Shown here piece by piece: positions 51,937 to 64,000 of a stretch of 64,000 nucleotides of DNA. The first letter of the stretch is position 1, and every line of letters starts with the position of its first letter. This stretch comes from Octopus sinensis (lineage: Eukaryota). The stretch covers positions 169,818,001 through 169,882,000 of the forward strand of contig NC_042997.1 of NCBI RefSeq assembly GCF_006345805.1, in the 5' to 3' direction. A program made the position numbers and the translations under genes. The notes below the pieces were generated by a model, which ran no database searches, was not told the origin of the DNA, and saw only the letters and a program-made list of their open reading frames with translations.

Positions 51937-52290
51937 CCAGGTAGAAATATTACCTTACCTAGAAGCAGGTGGTAATTGGTGACAGGAAAAGCATCCAACT
52001 ATAGAAAATCTGCTTCAACATATCCCATAAAAATACAATTGTTGCATGAATTTGTATAAAAATTTGCTGATACAACATCATGTTTATTGGTATACTTTGT
52101 GAATGTGGTTTTCACCTTTTCAATTTTTAACTTTTACCTATAAGATATTTTATAGGTAAATGTGAAAAAAATTTTTATACAAATTCATGAAACAATTGTA
52201 TTTTTATGGGATTTGTTGTGGCAGATTTTCTATAGTTGGATGCTTTTTTTGTCACCACCTGTTTCTAAGTAAGGTAATATTTCTACCTGG
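51937..52290. repeat. Long inverted repeat: arms 51937-52065 and 52169-52290, 103-bp spacer
   Basis: Arms are reverse complements over ~120 bp, including the unbroken block gcatccaactatagaaaatctgc and the near-perfect atcccataaaaatacaattgtt.catgaatttgtataaaaattt. Confidence 0.92.
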
Positions 52291-52789
52291 CTGGATATGT
52301 TTTGCGGAGTATTGGAAATGAAGGGCATTGCTTTTATGATTCCTGGGCTTTGATTTTCAGCCCTATAGCTGAATTTGTGTTCCAGTTGTCTCTATCTTGA
52401 AGTGTTTACAACAGCATTAGAAAAGGCATTCTGTGATGTACCTTAATCTCCTCCCGTGATATGATACTTACATTATCCAATTGATGTAAGTATTTTCACT
52501 CACACATCGAGATATTAACCACTATGATAATCGAAAATCTTGCAGCACAGAATTTTCTGATGGTTGGTAGAAAAAAGAGAACATTAGACAAATTTCTCTA
52601 TTGTATTTAGTAATATCTGTTTAAGACCTGAATTCAAATGGTACTGTAGGTTGACTCTGGTTTTTGTATTTTGTCGAGTAAACAAAAGAAAATACCAATT
52701 ATATACTGAATGCAATTAAATTGACTGTGTCTTGACCCAAATTTGTAACTTGGTGATAATATTAGAAAGTAGTATTAATATTTTTACTG

Positions 52790-53500
52790 TTTTATGTTTC
52801 AGTTAAGCAATTATTATCCATGTCTTTGTAGTATATTTTATTTCCCGTATTTGGCTTTTGGGTGGTGTATTTTAATTACTGTCATTATTTTCCTTGCCTG
52901 CATATCTGGTTTTCATAACTTCTCTTAAATTCCAGTTGAGAATATTATTACTGGACACAAAAGTATCATTACCAATTAATTTATTTTTGGCATTTAGTTC
53001 TTTAATATTCCTTCTCTGTTTCTGTAATTAACATGATATTATATAGCGGGTGGTTTCCCCTCTTCAATGTTGCTTTGTGAAATTTTCTAAATTTCCTTTC
53101 CAATTTCACTGTTGAATTCTTCACTGTATGAAAATAACAGTGTCTTATTGTTTGTGATTACTAGTATGCAGCTTCAAGTTATCCACACCTGTCCCTTTTA
53201 TCTTATCGGTTCATGGTGTTATTGTCAAACAGAAAGGCTGGGAAGAGGAGTAGTGTTTTCTTTGGAATATTCCTCCTCTGACAGGGATTAGTTTCATGTT
53301 TACGATCCACTCTTTTGTTTGGATATATACAACTGTCTTTCATATACTCATCGCATGTTTGATGTTTCTATTTGTTAATGATATCATCTTACTCATTGAT
53401 AGTGTTTCCAAAGCCTTTTTAACAATGAATCCATGTCTCCTTTCTTCTCTTTTAGTGTTCACAAACTGATCTTGACATCCATATGAGTTTAGGCTACACA
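52790..53500 (-). mobile_element. Heavily decayed R4/Dong-like RT remnant
   Basis: Minus frames KLIPVRGGIFQ, VDNLKLHTSNHKQ (MDDLKLY equivalent), ELNAKNKLIG...ILNWNL...KIHHPKA. Confidence 0.65.
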
Positions 53501-53529
53501 GCTCTTCTACTTTTCTGGAAGTGTATTAT

Positions 53530-53900
53530 ATTGCTGCTTTTAGTCATTGGATTGTGGTCATACTGGGGCACTGACTTCAAAGGTTTTAGTCAATCATATC
53601 ATTGCTAGTACATACTTCTGTCTGATATTTATTTTATTGAATCATTAAGTTAGACTTTTGACATATAAGACACACCACACTGGTTCACACCAATAAACAT
53701 TAATACAAACAAGTGCATGTTCATGCACACAGATATGCATACAAATGCACATTAAGTTCTTGTACTGTTTGTAGCTACCAAATACCATTCACAAAGCACT
53801 AATCAACCCAAGGCTAGAGTAAAAGACACTGGAGCAATGTGCCCTACGGTTCAATCAAACTCAAAATCACCAGGACTGTTGTTTCTGAAGCAAATTTCTT
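53530..53900 (-). mobile_element. Old family A SINE
   Basis: tttagtcattggattgtggtcatactggggcac ... attcacaaagcactaatcaacccaaggctagagtaaaagacact. Confidence 0.65.
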
Positions 53901-54448
53901 AATCACACAGTTCCACATATGTTGGATTATATCTTTTCTACTGTCTATAATGAAAACTTATATTTTTGCATTAGGAATTACATAAGTAGGTAAACAAGTA
54001 CTGAGTTTGTATATTTAGAGAAATTCATACTTCAGTTTCAGAGATTAACATGTTTTTTTCCTTTGTTAATTGTGCGGGTCTTTCACTATTTCAATAAATT
54101 TGTTATTATTAAGATTATTACCATAATTGTTATTGTTACTATCTGAATTAGAGAAGAGCCTGATAAAATATCTTGCATAAGTTGAAATTCCACCGTAATC
54201 AATTTAATTACCTAATCCCTTTCACACAATATGTAGACTTGTTTCTATGTTGAGATATTTTTATCTCTAGTAGATTATTTTTATCTTAAGTGATTGGTAA
54301 AATCTTTGTCCCTGAGAGATTCAAGCTTTGTTCGCAGCATTATAACCTCACCCTTCTCTCTCTCATTTTCTCAGTTTCCATATTTTTAGAATTTCTGTAT
54401 GTGTTTACACACACACACACACACATATGTAACAAAATGAGGTATGAG

Positions 54449-54923
54449 GAGTGGCCTATGGCATGTAAAAACAGAGACATACAGATATATCAAATACCAT
54501 TGAACATAAATTCATGATTTATTAAAATTATCTTCACCTCTAAAGTATGTATCACAATTACCAAATGGCATCTGTGATCAGCTCCATTTAAGAAAGGGAG
54601 ATAATCTCAAGAATCAAGGATTCTCCAAAGCTGACTTGCTATTAGGAAAGATGATAGGCTTATTGTCTGAGGATAAGAGGACAGTCATGGACATGCGTTT
54701 CTACCTCAGCAGCATCATAAAGCATGACAATAGTCATAGACATATATGAAAGTAGTACAATGCATTCATGGCCTAAGTAATTTGCATTAACTGAAGAAAA
54801 ATTAGTTAAGGGAAATAACTCAGAGTGGCTAATGGCATATACATACAGAACAAAAACAAATACAATTATATCAAATATACACCATGAATTCTTGATTTAT
54901 TAAAATTATCTCTGCCTCTAGAG
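54449..54923 (+). repeat. Pair of ~100-bp imperfect direct repeats (54449-54545, 54823-54923) around a 277-bp core
   Basis: Both start gagtggc..atggcat and end aattc.tgatttattaaaattatct...cctcta.ag. Confidence 0.8.
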
Positions 54924-56327
54924 GGTGTACGTATATATAAAATGTACTCTAAATTGCCAAACCTTCAGAAATTCAAACATTTTTTAAAATTCATTTTTCC
55001 ATTTCTCAAATAGTATACAAAAAGAAATCAGCATGGTCAATTTGATATATTGGTTTCACCACAGATTCAGCACTATTTGTTCTATATTGAAAATGTGTTT
55101 GTGGGGAGTGTGAGGGTGGGGGGAATAGCTGTGAGCTAAATGACAAGTTTTAGCAAGCACCTATCTTAGCTTGTAATTATCTAGCTACTACAATTGATCT
55201 AATCTTAATTTTTTTTTTACTTTATTTATAATATTTTGTTTTCCTTTTGGAACAGATCTAGACAAGATGGTAACATACATATAAAAACAAAAAGGATATG
55301 TGTTAAATAGAACAAATTTAAAAAAAAAAAGAAAGAAACATGTAGTTTATGCCATCTTATTTCCTACAGGATTATCTTCTCAAATCGACTTGTTTGCAGG
55401 TTTTGCTTGAAAATAGAATGAAATAAATTGTTTTTATTAGATCTGCTTTAAAGCTATTAATATTTTACTTTTTTATTATATTTATATAAATATAACTCTT
55501 ATTCAAAATTAAATTGTAAAAGAATGTAAATCAGTTAAAACTAAAGACGAGGTTGATACTAACTTGTTGGAAGAGACTTAACTAGCTAAACCCAAGTATT
55601 TTTTAAGCATATCAAGATTTAAAATAATGTAATTTTCCAAAGTAAAAGAAAAAAAATAACATGATAAATGTTATAAAAGGTATCGCAGTGGATGGGAAAA
55701 TCTATTGAGATTGAACAAATATCCTTTTTTCTCTCTCTCTCTCTTTCTCCTCCACTCCTTGTGTCCATGTTATTATTTTGCAGAAGTTAACTTTGCCTTT
55801 CAGCCTTCTGCTGTTTATAATAAGCACAGTTGAAGACAATTTAATTGGCTGTTCCCAATCCCCAAATATTTGGCCTTGTACCAAAATTAAAAATCAATAT
55901 TTATAATAAATAGATCATGGGGCAAAAACAGTGAAGTGTCAGATTCAATGATTTTTTTTTGTTTTGTTTTGTTTTGTTTGTTTGTCTATTTTGTTTTCTT
56001 GGTTTGGATCTTGTTGAGCTCAACTTTATCACTCATCTTGTTCTAGAATCAATAAAATACATACCAGTAATATCATTGGAATGAATTAGTCTCTTTTCAA
56101 ATATTGGCTATATTGTATTTAAGTATAAAATAGAATTTATTCTAAAATGCTTTTTTTTTTGTTTTTTGTTTTTTTATGACTGAATTTTGAATACAAATTA
56201 TATTTTCAAATATAAATGTCTATAATGGAAATCCAATAAAAAACAATTTATTTATTTCCAAATCTGCAAACAGGTTGATTCGAAGAAATAATCCTATCTA
56301 AAATAGGATAGCATAAATTATATTCTT

Positions 56328-56366
<39 letters not shown>

Positions 56367-56385
56367 TTATATATATATACATATT

Positions 56386-56450
<65 letters not shown>

Positions 56451-56679
56451 CTATGTTCTCTGGAAGAGCTATTTCAAAAGGAATACAAATATATATAGAT
56501 TAGATCAATCATACCAAGACTATAATTACACGCTAAGATAGATGCTTACTTGTCATCTAGCTCAGTGTTGTTTTTCTTTTTTCTTTCTTCATTTCTTTTT
56601 TCTCCCTCCCCCTCCCAGCATTTTCAATATAGACCAAATATTGAATCTATTGCAAAACCAATAAATCAAAATGACCATC

Positions 56680-57010
56680 CATGGTTGTTGGGTAAGGAGC
56701 CTTAGTCTCATGCTATAGCTCCGAGCTGACCAAAGCCTTTTGAGTGGATATGGTGGATGGAAATTGAAAGAAGTCTGCCATGTATATATGTGTGTGTGTG
56801 AGTTTGTCCTTCACCACCACTTGACAACCAGGGTTGGTGTGTTTAAATCCCCATAACTTTGTGGTTTGGCAAAAGTGACCAATAGAATAAGTACCTGACT
56901 TTTAAAGAAACTGCAAGTACTGAGGTTGATTCAGTCAACTAAAAATTTGTCAAGGCTGTGCCCCAGTATAGCCACAGTCTTATGACTGAAACAAATTAAA
57001 GATAAAAGAT
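56680..57010 (+). mobile_element. Family A SINE with partly deleted head
   Basis: gctatagctccgagctgaccaaagcc..gtgagtggat ... gactgaaacaaattaaagataaaaga. Confidence 0.8.
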
Positions 57011-57231
57011 GTGTGAGCTAAAAGAAGAAATAAAAAAAAACAAGAAAAATATTGTTAGAATTTTTGAAGGTTTAGTAATTTAGTATACAATATATCTATG
57101 AGTTCTAAATATATGCAAAGTGACCAAGGAGGAAGAGAGAAGTTGTAATGATGTGAATAGAGCTTGAGCCTATCTGTTGAAGCTAAAAAAAAAATAATTT
57201 TTCTGAACATAATAACAAATCCACACATTTT

Positions 57232-57733
57232 TAGTTAAATCCTCGAGTATAATCCGCATTTGTTTCCCAAAATTTAAAGGTCAAAATCCCTATACAAGGT
57301 TTAAAATGAAAATTATTTTCTAAGCAATGTCCGAGTCTCTATTTGCTGTCCAGAAATGTTTATTCAGACGCATTTTGTGATGTCGGGCGCGAAAATACCT
57401 TAAGCTATGCCTGAAAGCAATGTAGTCATAAAAGAATCATCCATAACTTGCAGTAAGCAGCAACATTTATTAAATGTTATTACTGTTATTTCTTTATTTT
57501 CTGCAAACAAAATGCACAAAAAAGCTACACGTTTGCATTATGTTATATATACAATAATAATAAAGGACGTTACCGTATACATTTTTACAAACCAAGGATG
57601 TTATAGACCTCCTTGACTCGAGTTAGAGAAGGGGTGTGTATTATACACAAGGTTTAGGTTTTTCAGAGGTACAGCCCCCTAAAAATCCCCTGCATATTAT
57701 ACTCAAGGGTGGACTATACTCGAGGATTTACGG
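57232..57733 (-). mobile_element. Second copy of the pogo-type MITE, inverted relative to 8651-9152
   Basis: Reverse complement aligns end to end; TIR aaatcctcgagtataatccgc / ggactatactcgaggatttacgg followed by TA. Confidence 0.88.
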
Positions 57734-58697
57734 TAATTAAATTAACCACAGTGAAACACCAATTTATGCAGGGTATTTCATCTGGCACTAATGCCAATTC
57801 TGATAGCAACAATAACAACAAAAACAACAATAATTATAATAATCTTACTAATAATAAATTTATTGGAAGACCTGATTGGCTTGCACACATTAAAAAAAAT
57901 ATTTTAATCTCTAAGACAGAAGAAGGATGATAATCCCTAAAATTTAAACTCCTTTTTCAAACTTCAAAACACAGAATCTATTTACCTGTAGTATGCTGTA
58001 GCTAAGCTTTCATGTAAATCTTACTGCAAAAATTTAAATATATAAAAAAAATCAACATATGCATAGCTATGTAATTTAAAAGTTTTTTTCACAACTATGG
58101 TGGCTTCAAGTTTGATCTCACTGTGAGCTCATTGCTATCTTTTATACTAACCTGTAGTTGAATGGAATTTGGTTGCCAGAAACTGTACTAGACCTTATTG
58201 TATGTGTGTGTGTGTGCATGCATTCATATGTGTTTATATTTACTGACCCATACTACTATTGTGTAGCTTTTATATCAAAGCATATCTTAATTGTACATTG
58301 TTAATCAAGTCTTGGCAAATTGTCTATATGCTTTATATTGCTTCGTTTAGAATAATTTGTGTGATGCTTAAGAGTCCATGCAAAACAAGTAGAAATGTCT
58401 GAATTGATCTCATGTTGGTCTAGAGTTAACCACAGACACCAAAATGAAATAGAGACACAAGTTAGAATCCCCTTTCTGTGACTGTGGAACAGTCCAAATC
58501 ATGAGTCAGCTGCTGGTTTGCAATTATTGAATAACCTTTGTTATTTGGTTGATTTGAAATATAATACAAGGAACATTCAAGATTGTATAGAAAAAGTGGC
58601 AAAATTTGATAATAGCACAACAATAAGAATTATCTCAATTGTTACTTTAAATTTCTATCTCAATATCCTTCTATGATAAATAAAATAAATATTAGTT

Positions 58698-59115
58698 GGC
58701 CTGGCTGTATGGTTAAAAAGCTTGGTTCCCAACCATGTGATCTTGGGCTTATCCCACTGCATAGCACCTTGGGTCTTCTGTTCTGGTCTTCTGTTCTAAC
58801 TGTGGGCCAACCAAAGTTTTGTGAGTGGATTTGATAGATGGAGCCTGAAAGAAATCTGTGTGTGTGTGTATGTATGTATGTGCATGTCCTTGTCTAAACA
58901 TCATGTGATGGTTGTAAATGAGCATCATCATGATACAAGCAAAGTTGTTTGTCTCTGGTCGTCTATGAAAAGCATGTCTAGCTATGGTAAATTATTACCT
59001 TATTTGAAAACAAGTGAGGATTTGTGGCAGGAAGGGCATCCAACTATGAACAATCTATCTCAACAAATTCTGTCTGACCCATGCAGGCATGAAAAAGTGG
59101 ACTCTAAATGACGAT
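58698..59115 (+). mobile_element. Family A' SINE
   Basis: Head ggctgtatggttaaaaagcttgg..., tail ggcaggaagggcatccaactatg...gaaaaagtggactctaaatgacgatg. Confidence 0.85.
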
Positions 59116-59199
59116 GGTGTGATGAATTTATTGTAGTCAATACACTACTAGTATTTAGGAGTTAGTCAACATATGCATGTTTTCTTTTTTAAATGATTT

Positions 59200-59560
59200 A
59201 ATGACTTAGTCAGAAGCAGTGAGTCTCTATTCATGACTTTTGCAGGCTCTCCAAGATTGCTGAGATTGTTGTGATTTTTATGGTCAGTTTGAACATCAGC
59301 AACATGAAAAGTGGGGTGGAGTAAAGGATACCTGGGGATTAATGTTTTAAGAAAGGGGAGATTGAACAAAGTGGTTGGCACAGCAGGGCCGATAAGAGGA
59401 GAGATGGGAGTTGTTATGCAACTAGCTAGATAGAGAAATAGAAGTGATTGTTATAATGATAAAATAGGCAGCATATCTTCAGTGTGTCAGCAAGTTAGTC
59501 CTTGTAAATCAGTAGAATGGTCATTTTATGGATCCAGGTTAGAGCATTTGTAGCCATGAT
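59200..59560 (-). mobile_element. Possible L2/CR1-type LINE 3' remnant (duplicated at ~61033-61393)
   Basis: Minus frame LADTLKICCLFYHYNNHF resembles an L2-type L.DTL...SL.LFYRYYNG segment; weak. Confidence 0.3.
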
Positions 59561-59586
59561 GATTGAATGATTAACATTCCTACCTA

Positions 59587-59817
59587 TTTCTTTACTACCC
59601 ACAAAGGGCTAAACACAGAGAGGACAAACAAAGACAGACAATGGATTAAGCCGATTATATCGACCCCAGTGTGTAACTGGTACTTAATTTATCGACCCCG
59701 AAAGGATGAAAGGCAAAGTCGACCTTGGCGGAATTTGAACTCAGAATGTAGCGACAGACGAAAAACTGCTGAGCATTTCGCCCGGTGTGCTAACGTTTCT
59801 GCCAGCTCGCCGCCTTG
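59587..59817 (-). mobile_element. Young full-length family B SINE with 13-bp TSD (duplicated at ~61420-61651)
   Basis: TSD acattcctaccta at 59574-59586 and 59818-59830; CpG-rich; close to 11707-11939. Confidence 0.93.
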
Positions 59818-62800
59818 ACATTCCTACCTACCAACCAGAAAGTCATGAATTTAAAAACCTGCTACTGTCGTTGCAAAGCCAATAACTTGTCCTGTAAAGT
59901 AAATTTTCAGTTCCAGCTCTTGGTTAAAAGATTGAAATGTTGAAAATTATCCAAATGTAAAAACACATTGTTAAGCAATTTTTCTTTTAGAATTATTCAA
60001 TCCATACAACAAAAAACACTGTATGCTTCAGAGAAATATAAAACAAATTCTGTTTGTTATAATAGCCAACTTATTTAAAATATTCAATATGCTCTCAATT
60101 GTTATGTGTATTGTTTGTAAATTATAATTAATGACTTAAAGAAAAATAATTTTATGTGTGTGTATGTGTGTGGTCTGTTACTTTTCAAAGAATAATGGGT
60201 TTTTTACAAAATATAAAATTTTATGTAACCCCATTGTCTTTAGCATTGTTTTATCAATTTAAAATATTCCATTCATTTTGATAAATTTTTTCGCCTGAAT
60301 CCATTGTAGTTTCTATAGCAACTGAAAGATATTTTTTGTTGTGTTTTTGAGATTGATTTTTCTTCTTATTTTTCCTAACACATTTTTAGATTATTAGCTA
60401 TTTAAAAATTCCTCTCAGCTATTGCTACATATATATATATATATATATATACACACATGCACGCGCACACACACGCACACATATATATATGTATATATAT
60501 TTGTCAATAACATTAATAATATAGGTATTTCTATTCAATATTTAATGGCACTTCACATTCAGTCTAGTACATTGTAAACTTCATATACTATAGTTCATTT
60601 CTAAAATGATGCATTGGGTCAAAAAGGTCTACATCAAACAGTAGATGAAATAAAAGACAAATATTAATCTGTGTATGTGTTTGTGTGTGTGTGTGGTGTG
60701 TGTATGTATGTATGTGCATGTCCTTGTCTAAACATCATGTGATGGTTGTAAATGAGCATCATCATGATACAAGCAAAGTTGTTTGTCTCTGGTCGTCTAT
60801 GAAAAGCATGTCTAGCTATGGTAAATTATTACCTTATTTGAAAACAAGTGAGGATTTGTGGCAGGAAGGGCATCCAACTATGAACAATCTATCTCAACAA
60901 ATTCTGTCTGACCCATGCAGGCATGAAAAAGTGGACTCTAAATGACGATGGTGTGATGAATTATTGTAGTCAATACACTACTAGTATTTAGGAGTTAGTC
61001 AACATATGCATGTTTTCTTTTTTAAATGATTTAATGACTTAGTCAGAAGCAGTGAGTCTCTATTCATGACTTTTGCAGGCTCTCCAAGATTGCTGAGATT
61101 GTTGTGATTTTTATGGTCAGTTTGAACATCAGCAACATGAAAAGTGGGGTGGAGTAAAGGATACCTGGGGATTAATGTTTTAAGAAAGGGGAGATTGAAC
61201 AAAGTGGTTGGCACAGCAGGGCCGATAAGAGGAGAGATGGGAGTTGTTATGCAACTAGCTAGATAGAGAAATAGAAGTGATTGTTATAATGATAAAATAG
61301 GCAGCATATCTTCAGTGTGTCAGCAAGTTAGTCCTTGTAAATCAGTAGAATGGTCATTTTATGGATCCAGGTTAGAGCATTTGTAGCCATGATGATTGAA
61401 TGATTAACATTCCTACCTATTTCTTTACTACCCACAAAGGGCTAAACACAGAGAGGACAAACAAAGACAGACAAATGGATTAAGCCGATTATATCGACCC
61501 CAGTGTGTAACTGGTACTTAATTTATCGACCCCGAAAGGATGAAAGGCAAAGTCGACCTTGGCGGAATTTGAACTCAGAATGTAGCGACAGACGAAAAAC
61601 TGCTGAGCATTTCGCCCGGTGTGCTAACGTTTCTGCCAGCTCGCCGCCTTGACATTCCTACCTACCAACCAGAAAGTCATGAATTTAAAAACCTGCTACT
61701 GTCGTTGCAAAGCCAATAACTTGTCCTGTAAAGTAAATTTTCAGTTCCAGCTCTTGGTTAAAAGATTGAAATGTTGAAAATTATCCAAATGTAAAAACAC
61801 ATTGTTAAGCAATTTTTCTTTTAGAATTATTCAATCCATACACAAAAAACACTGTATGCTTCAGAGAAATATAAAACAAATTCTGTTTGTTATAATAGCC
61901 AACTTATTTAAAATATTCAATATGCTCTCAATTGTTATGTGTATTGTTTGTAAATTATAATTAATGACTTAAAGAAAAATAATTTTATGTGTGTGTATGT
62001 GTGTGGTCTGTTACTTTTCAAAGAATAATGGGTTTTTTACAAAATATAAAATTTTATGTAACCCCATTGTCTTTAGCATTGTTTTATCAATTTAAAATAT
62101 TCCATTCATTTTGATAAATTTTTTCGCCTGAATCCATTGTAGTTTCTATAGCAACTGAAAGATATTTTTTGTTGTGTTTTTGAGATTGATTTTTCTTCTT
62201 ATTTTTCCTAACACATTTTTAGATTATTAGCTATTTAAAAATTCCTCTCAGCTATTGCTACATATATATATATATATATATACACACATGCACGCGCACA
62301 CACACGCACACATATATATATGTATATATATTTGTCAATAACATTAATAATATAGGTATTTCTATTCAATATTTAATGGCACTTCACATTCAGTCTAGTA
62401 CATTGTAAACTTCATATACTATAGTTCATTTCTAAAATGATGCATTGGGTCAAAAAGGTCTACATCAAACAGTAGATGAAATAAAAGACAAATATTAATC
62501 TGTGTATGTGTTTGTGTGTGTGTGTGTGTGTGTGTATGTGTGTGTGTGTGCCATAACAGATAGCTAATAAATCAGGATTACCAATAAATCAATAAGACAT
62601 AAATAGATCTCTTCAGGAAATTTGAAAGATAAATAATTTCGAAATGCTTTAGATTCTATTAAAAGAATTACAGATATGATCACTGATAGAATGTAATGAC
62701 ACCAGTTGTGCTGCCTAACTGGTCAGCAGATGAATTTGAAATTCAGATTGATTGTAGTATTCTCATTTTGTTGTTTGGCCTTTGAAATTATTGTTGTGGA

Positions 62801-63069
62801 TGCCTATGAATAGAAACTACTAGATAGCCTTAAGTCTTGATCAGATTTAATTTTGCAAGTCTAACTTAAATGACTTAAATTAATCGGATATGATTTTGTT
62901 TTCCTTTCTTTTCTTTTCTTTTTTTTTTTTCTGGTTGTTGCTATGAAATTGGCACTCGATATATTCTTCAAATTATATATTTCTGAAAAATAGCTTCCTG
63001 TTTATTTCAGTCATTCAAAGCAGTTTTTAAACTTGGAAATTCTTCCTGTTTTTTTAAATTATTGTTCTG

Positions 63070-63277
63070 CAGAGATAGACTTTGTCTTTTATCCTTTCGG
63101 GATTGATAAAATGCCAGTTAAGCACTGGAGTCAAGGTAATCATCTTGCCTCATCGTACAAAACTTCAGACCTTGTGCTTACATTAGAATGAATTATTATT
63201 ATTATTATTTTGAATATTGTGCCAATCCCCCAATATTTCAGGCCTTGTGCCTATTGTAGAAAAGATCATCATCATCA

Positions 63278-63308
<31 letters not shown>

Positions 63309-63530
63309 CATCTAAGGCAGCAAGCTGGCAGAATTGTTAGCACGCTGAGAAAAATACTTAGCAGCATTTCATCTATCTTTACGTTTTGAGTTCAAATTCT
63401 GCCAAAGTGGACTTTGTCTTTTATCCTTTCGGGGTCCATAAAATAAGTACCAATAGAACACTGGAGTCAATTTAATCAACTTACCCCTGCCCCAAAATTG
63501 CTGGCCTTGTTCCAAAATGTTAAACTGCTA
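63070..63530 (+). mobile_element. Head-to-tail family B SINE copies separated by (ATT)n/(CAT)n
   Basis: gactttgtcttttatcctttcggg (twice), taaggcagcaagctggcagaattgttagcacgc head at 63313. Confidence 0.8.
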
Positions 63531-63559
63531 TTATTATTATTATTATTGGTGGAGGTGGT

Positions 63560-64000
63560 GGTGGTGGTGGTGGTGTTGTCATTATTTCACTTGCTCCAGC
63601 TACTTCTGTAAGAGCAGAGAACAACTTATTGTCAAAGGTCTCACAAGGTCTTCTTCCATGATACTTAACATCCAAGTACCAATCTCAAAATCCTCGCTGT
63701 CCCCAATAAAGCAGTTTTCTGAGCATGTTCTACCCTCATGTCGATCACAATTTCTCCTACAAATTTCTCAAACCTGGTTGTTAATGCTCCCACTGTTCCT
63801 ACAACTACTGGAATAGCAGCTACTTTCTTTATTGCCCACATTCATGCAAGCTTTAGTGGATTGTACTTTTCAATCTTTTCCACTTCTTTATCATCAGCTC
63901 ATACATCCCCAGGTATGGTAATGTCTATGTTCTTGGTTTCCTTCATCGTTTTATCAACTACAACAATGATCTCTGAGCATCAATCATAGAATCACACTGG
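63560..64000 (-). mobile_element. R4/Dong-like LINE 3' end (RLE domain), runs off the window
   Basis: Minus frame IVVVDKTMKETKNIDITIPGDV*ADDKEVEKIEKYNPLK..MWAIKKVAAIPVVVGTVGAL...QKTALLGTARILRLVLGC* (stop at 63665-63667); the 3' end abuts (TAA)n. Confidence 0.88.

Larger units (their letters stand above)
58857..62530 (+). repeat. Near-identical 1.83-kb tandem duplication (58857-60690 / 60691-62530)
   Basis: Offset 1831-1834 bp throughout; junctions lie in (TG)n tracts. Differences I found are three 1-bp indels and one AT unit. Confidence 0.95.

Noticed and set aside
63517-63989. Two plus-strand ORFs (99 and 83 aa)
   Set aside because: They are antisense to the RLE LINE remnant and its simple-repeat tail.

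Overview
AT-rich, repeat-dense eukaryotic non-coding DNA (intronic or intergenic). The SINE/LINE families look like those of an octopus genome; this is inferred from recognition, not from a search. No intact protein-coding gene, rRNA, functional tRNA or CRISPR array is supported. The window holds dozens of tRNA-derived SINE copies (called families A, A', B and F here) and decayed LINE fragments (RTE, R4/Dong-like RLE, possibly CR1/L2). It also has a Penelope-like element with a GIY-YIG remnant, one near-full mariner, pogo-, piggyBac- and hAT-type MITEs, many microsatellites and a 100-N gap. A 1.83-kb near-identical tandem duplication may be an assembly artefact. The most interesting signals are hammerhead-ribozyme motifs. 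One is a nearly canonical type I hammerhead at the 3' end of the Penelope remnant (47372-47477, minus strand). The other is a tRNA-headed, hammerhead-bearing short element with a perfect 23-bp fold-back at its 5' end (9967-10220), possibly a Pol III-driven non-autonomous Penelope partner. Other oddities are a diverged duplicate with a 53-nt identical core and a conserved AG-8nt-GT, a ~350-bp fold-back, and a 118-bp CpG-rich insert inside an old RTE. Boundaries of degenerate repeats are approximate.
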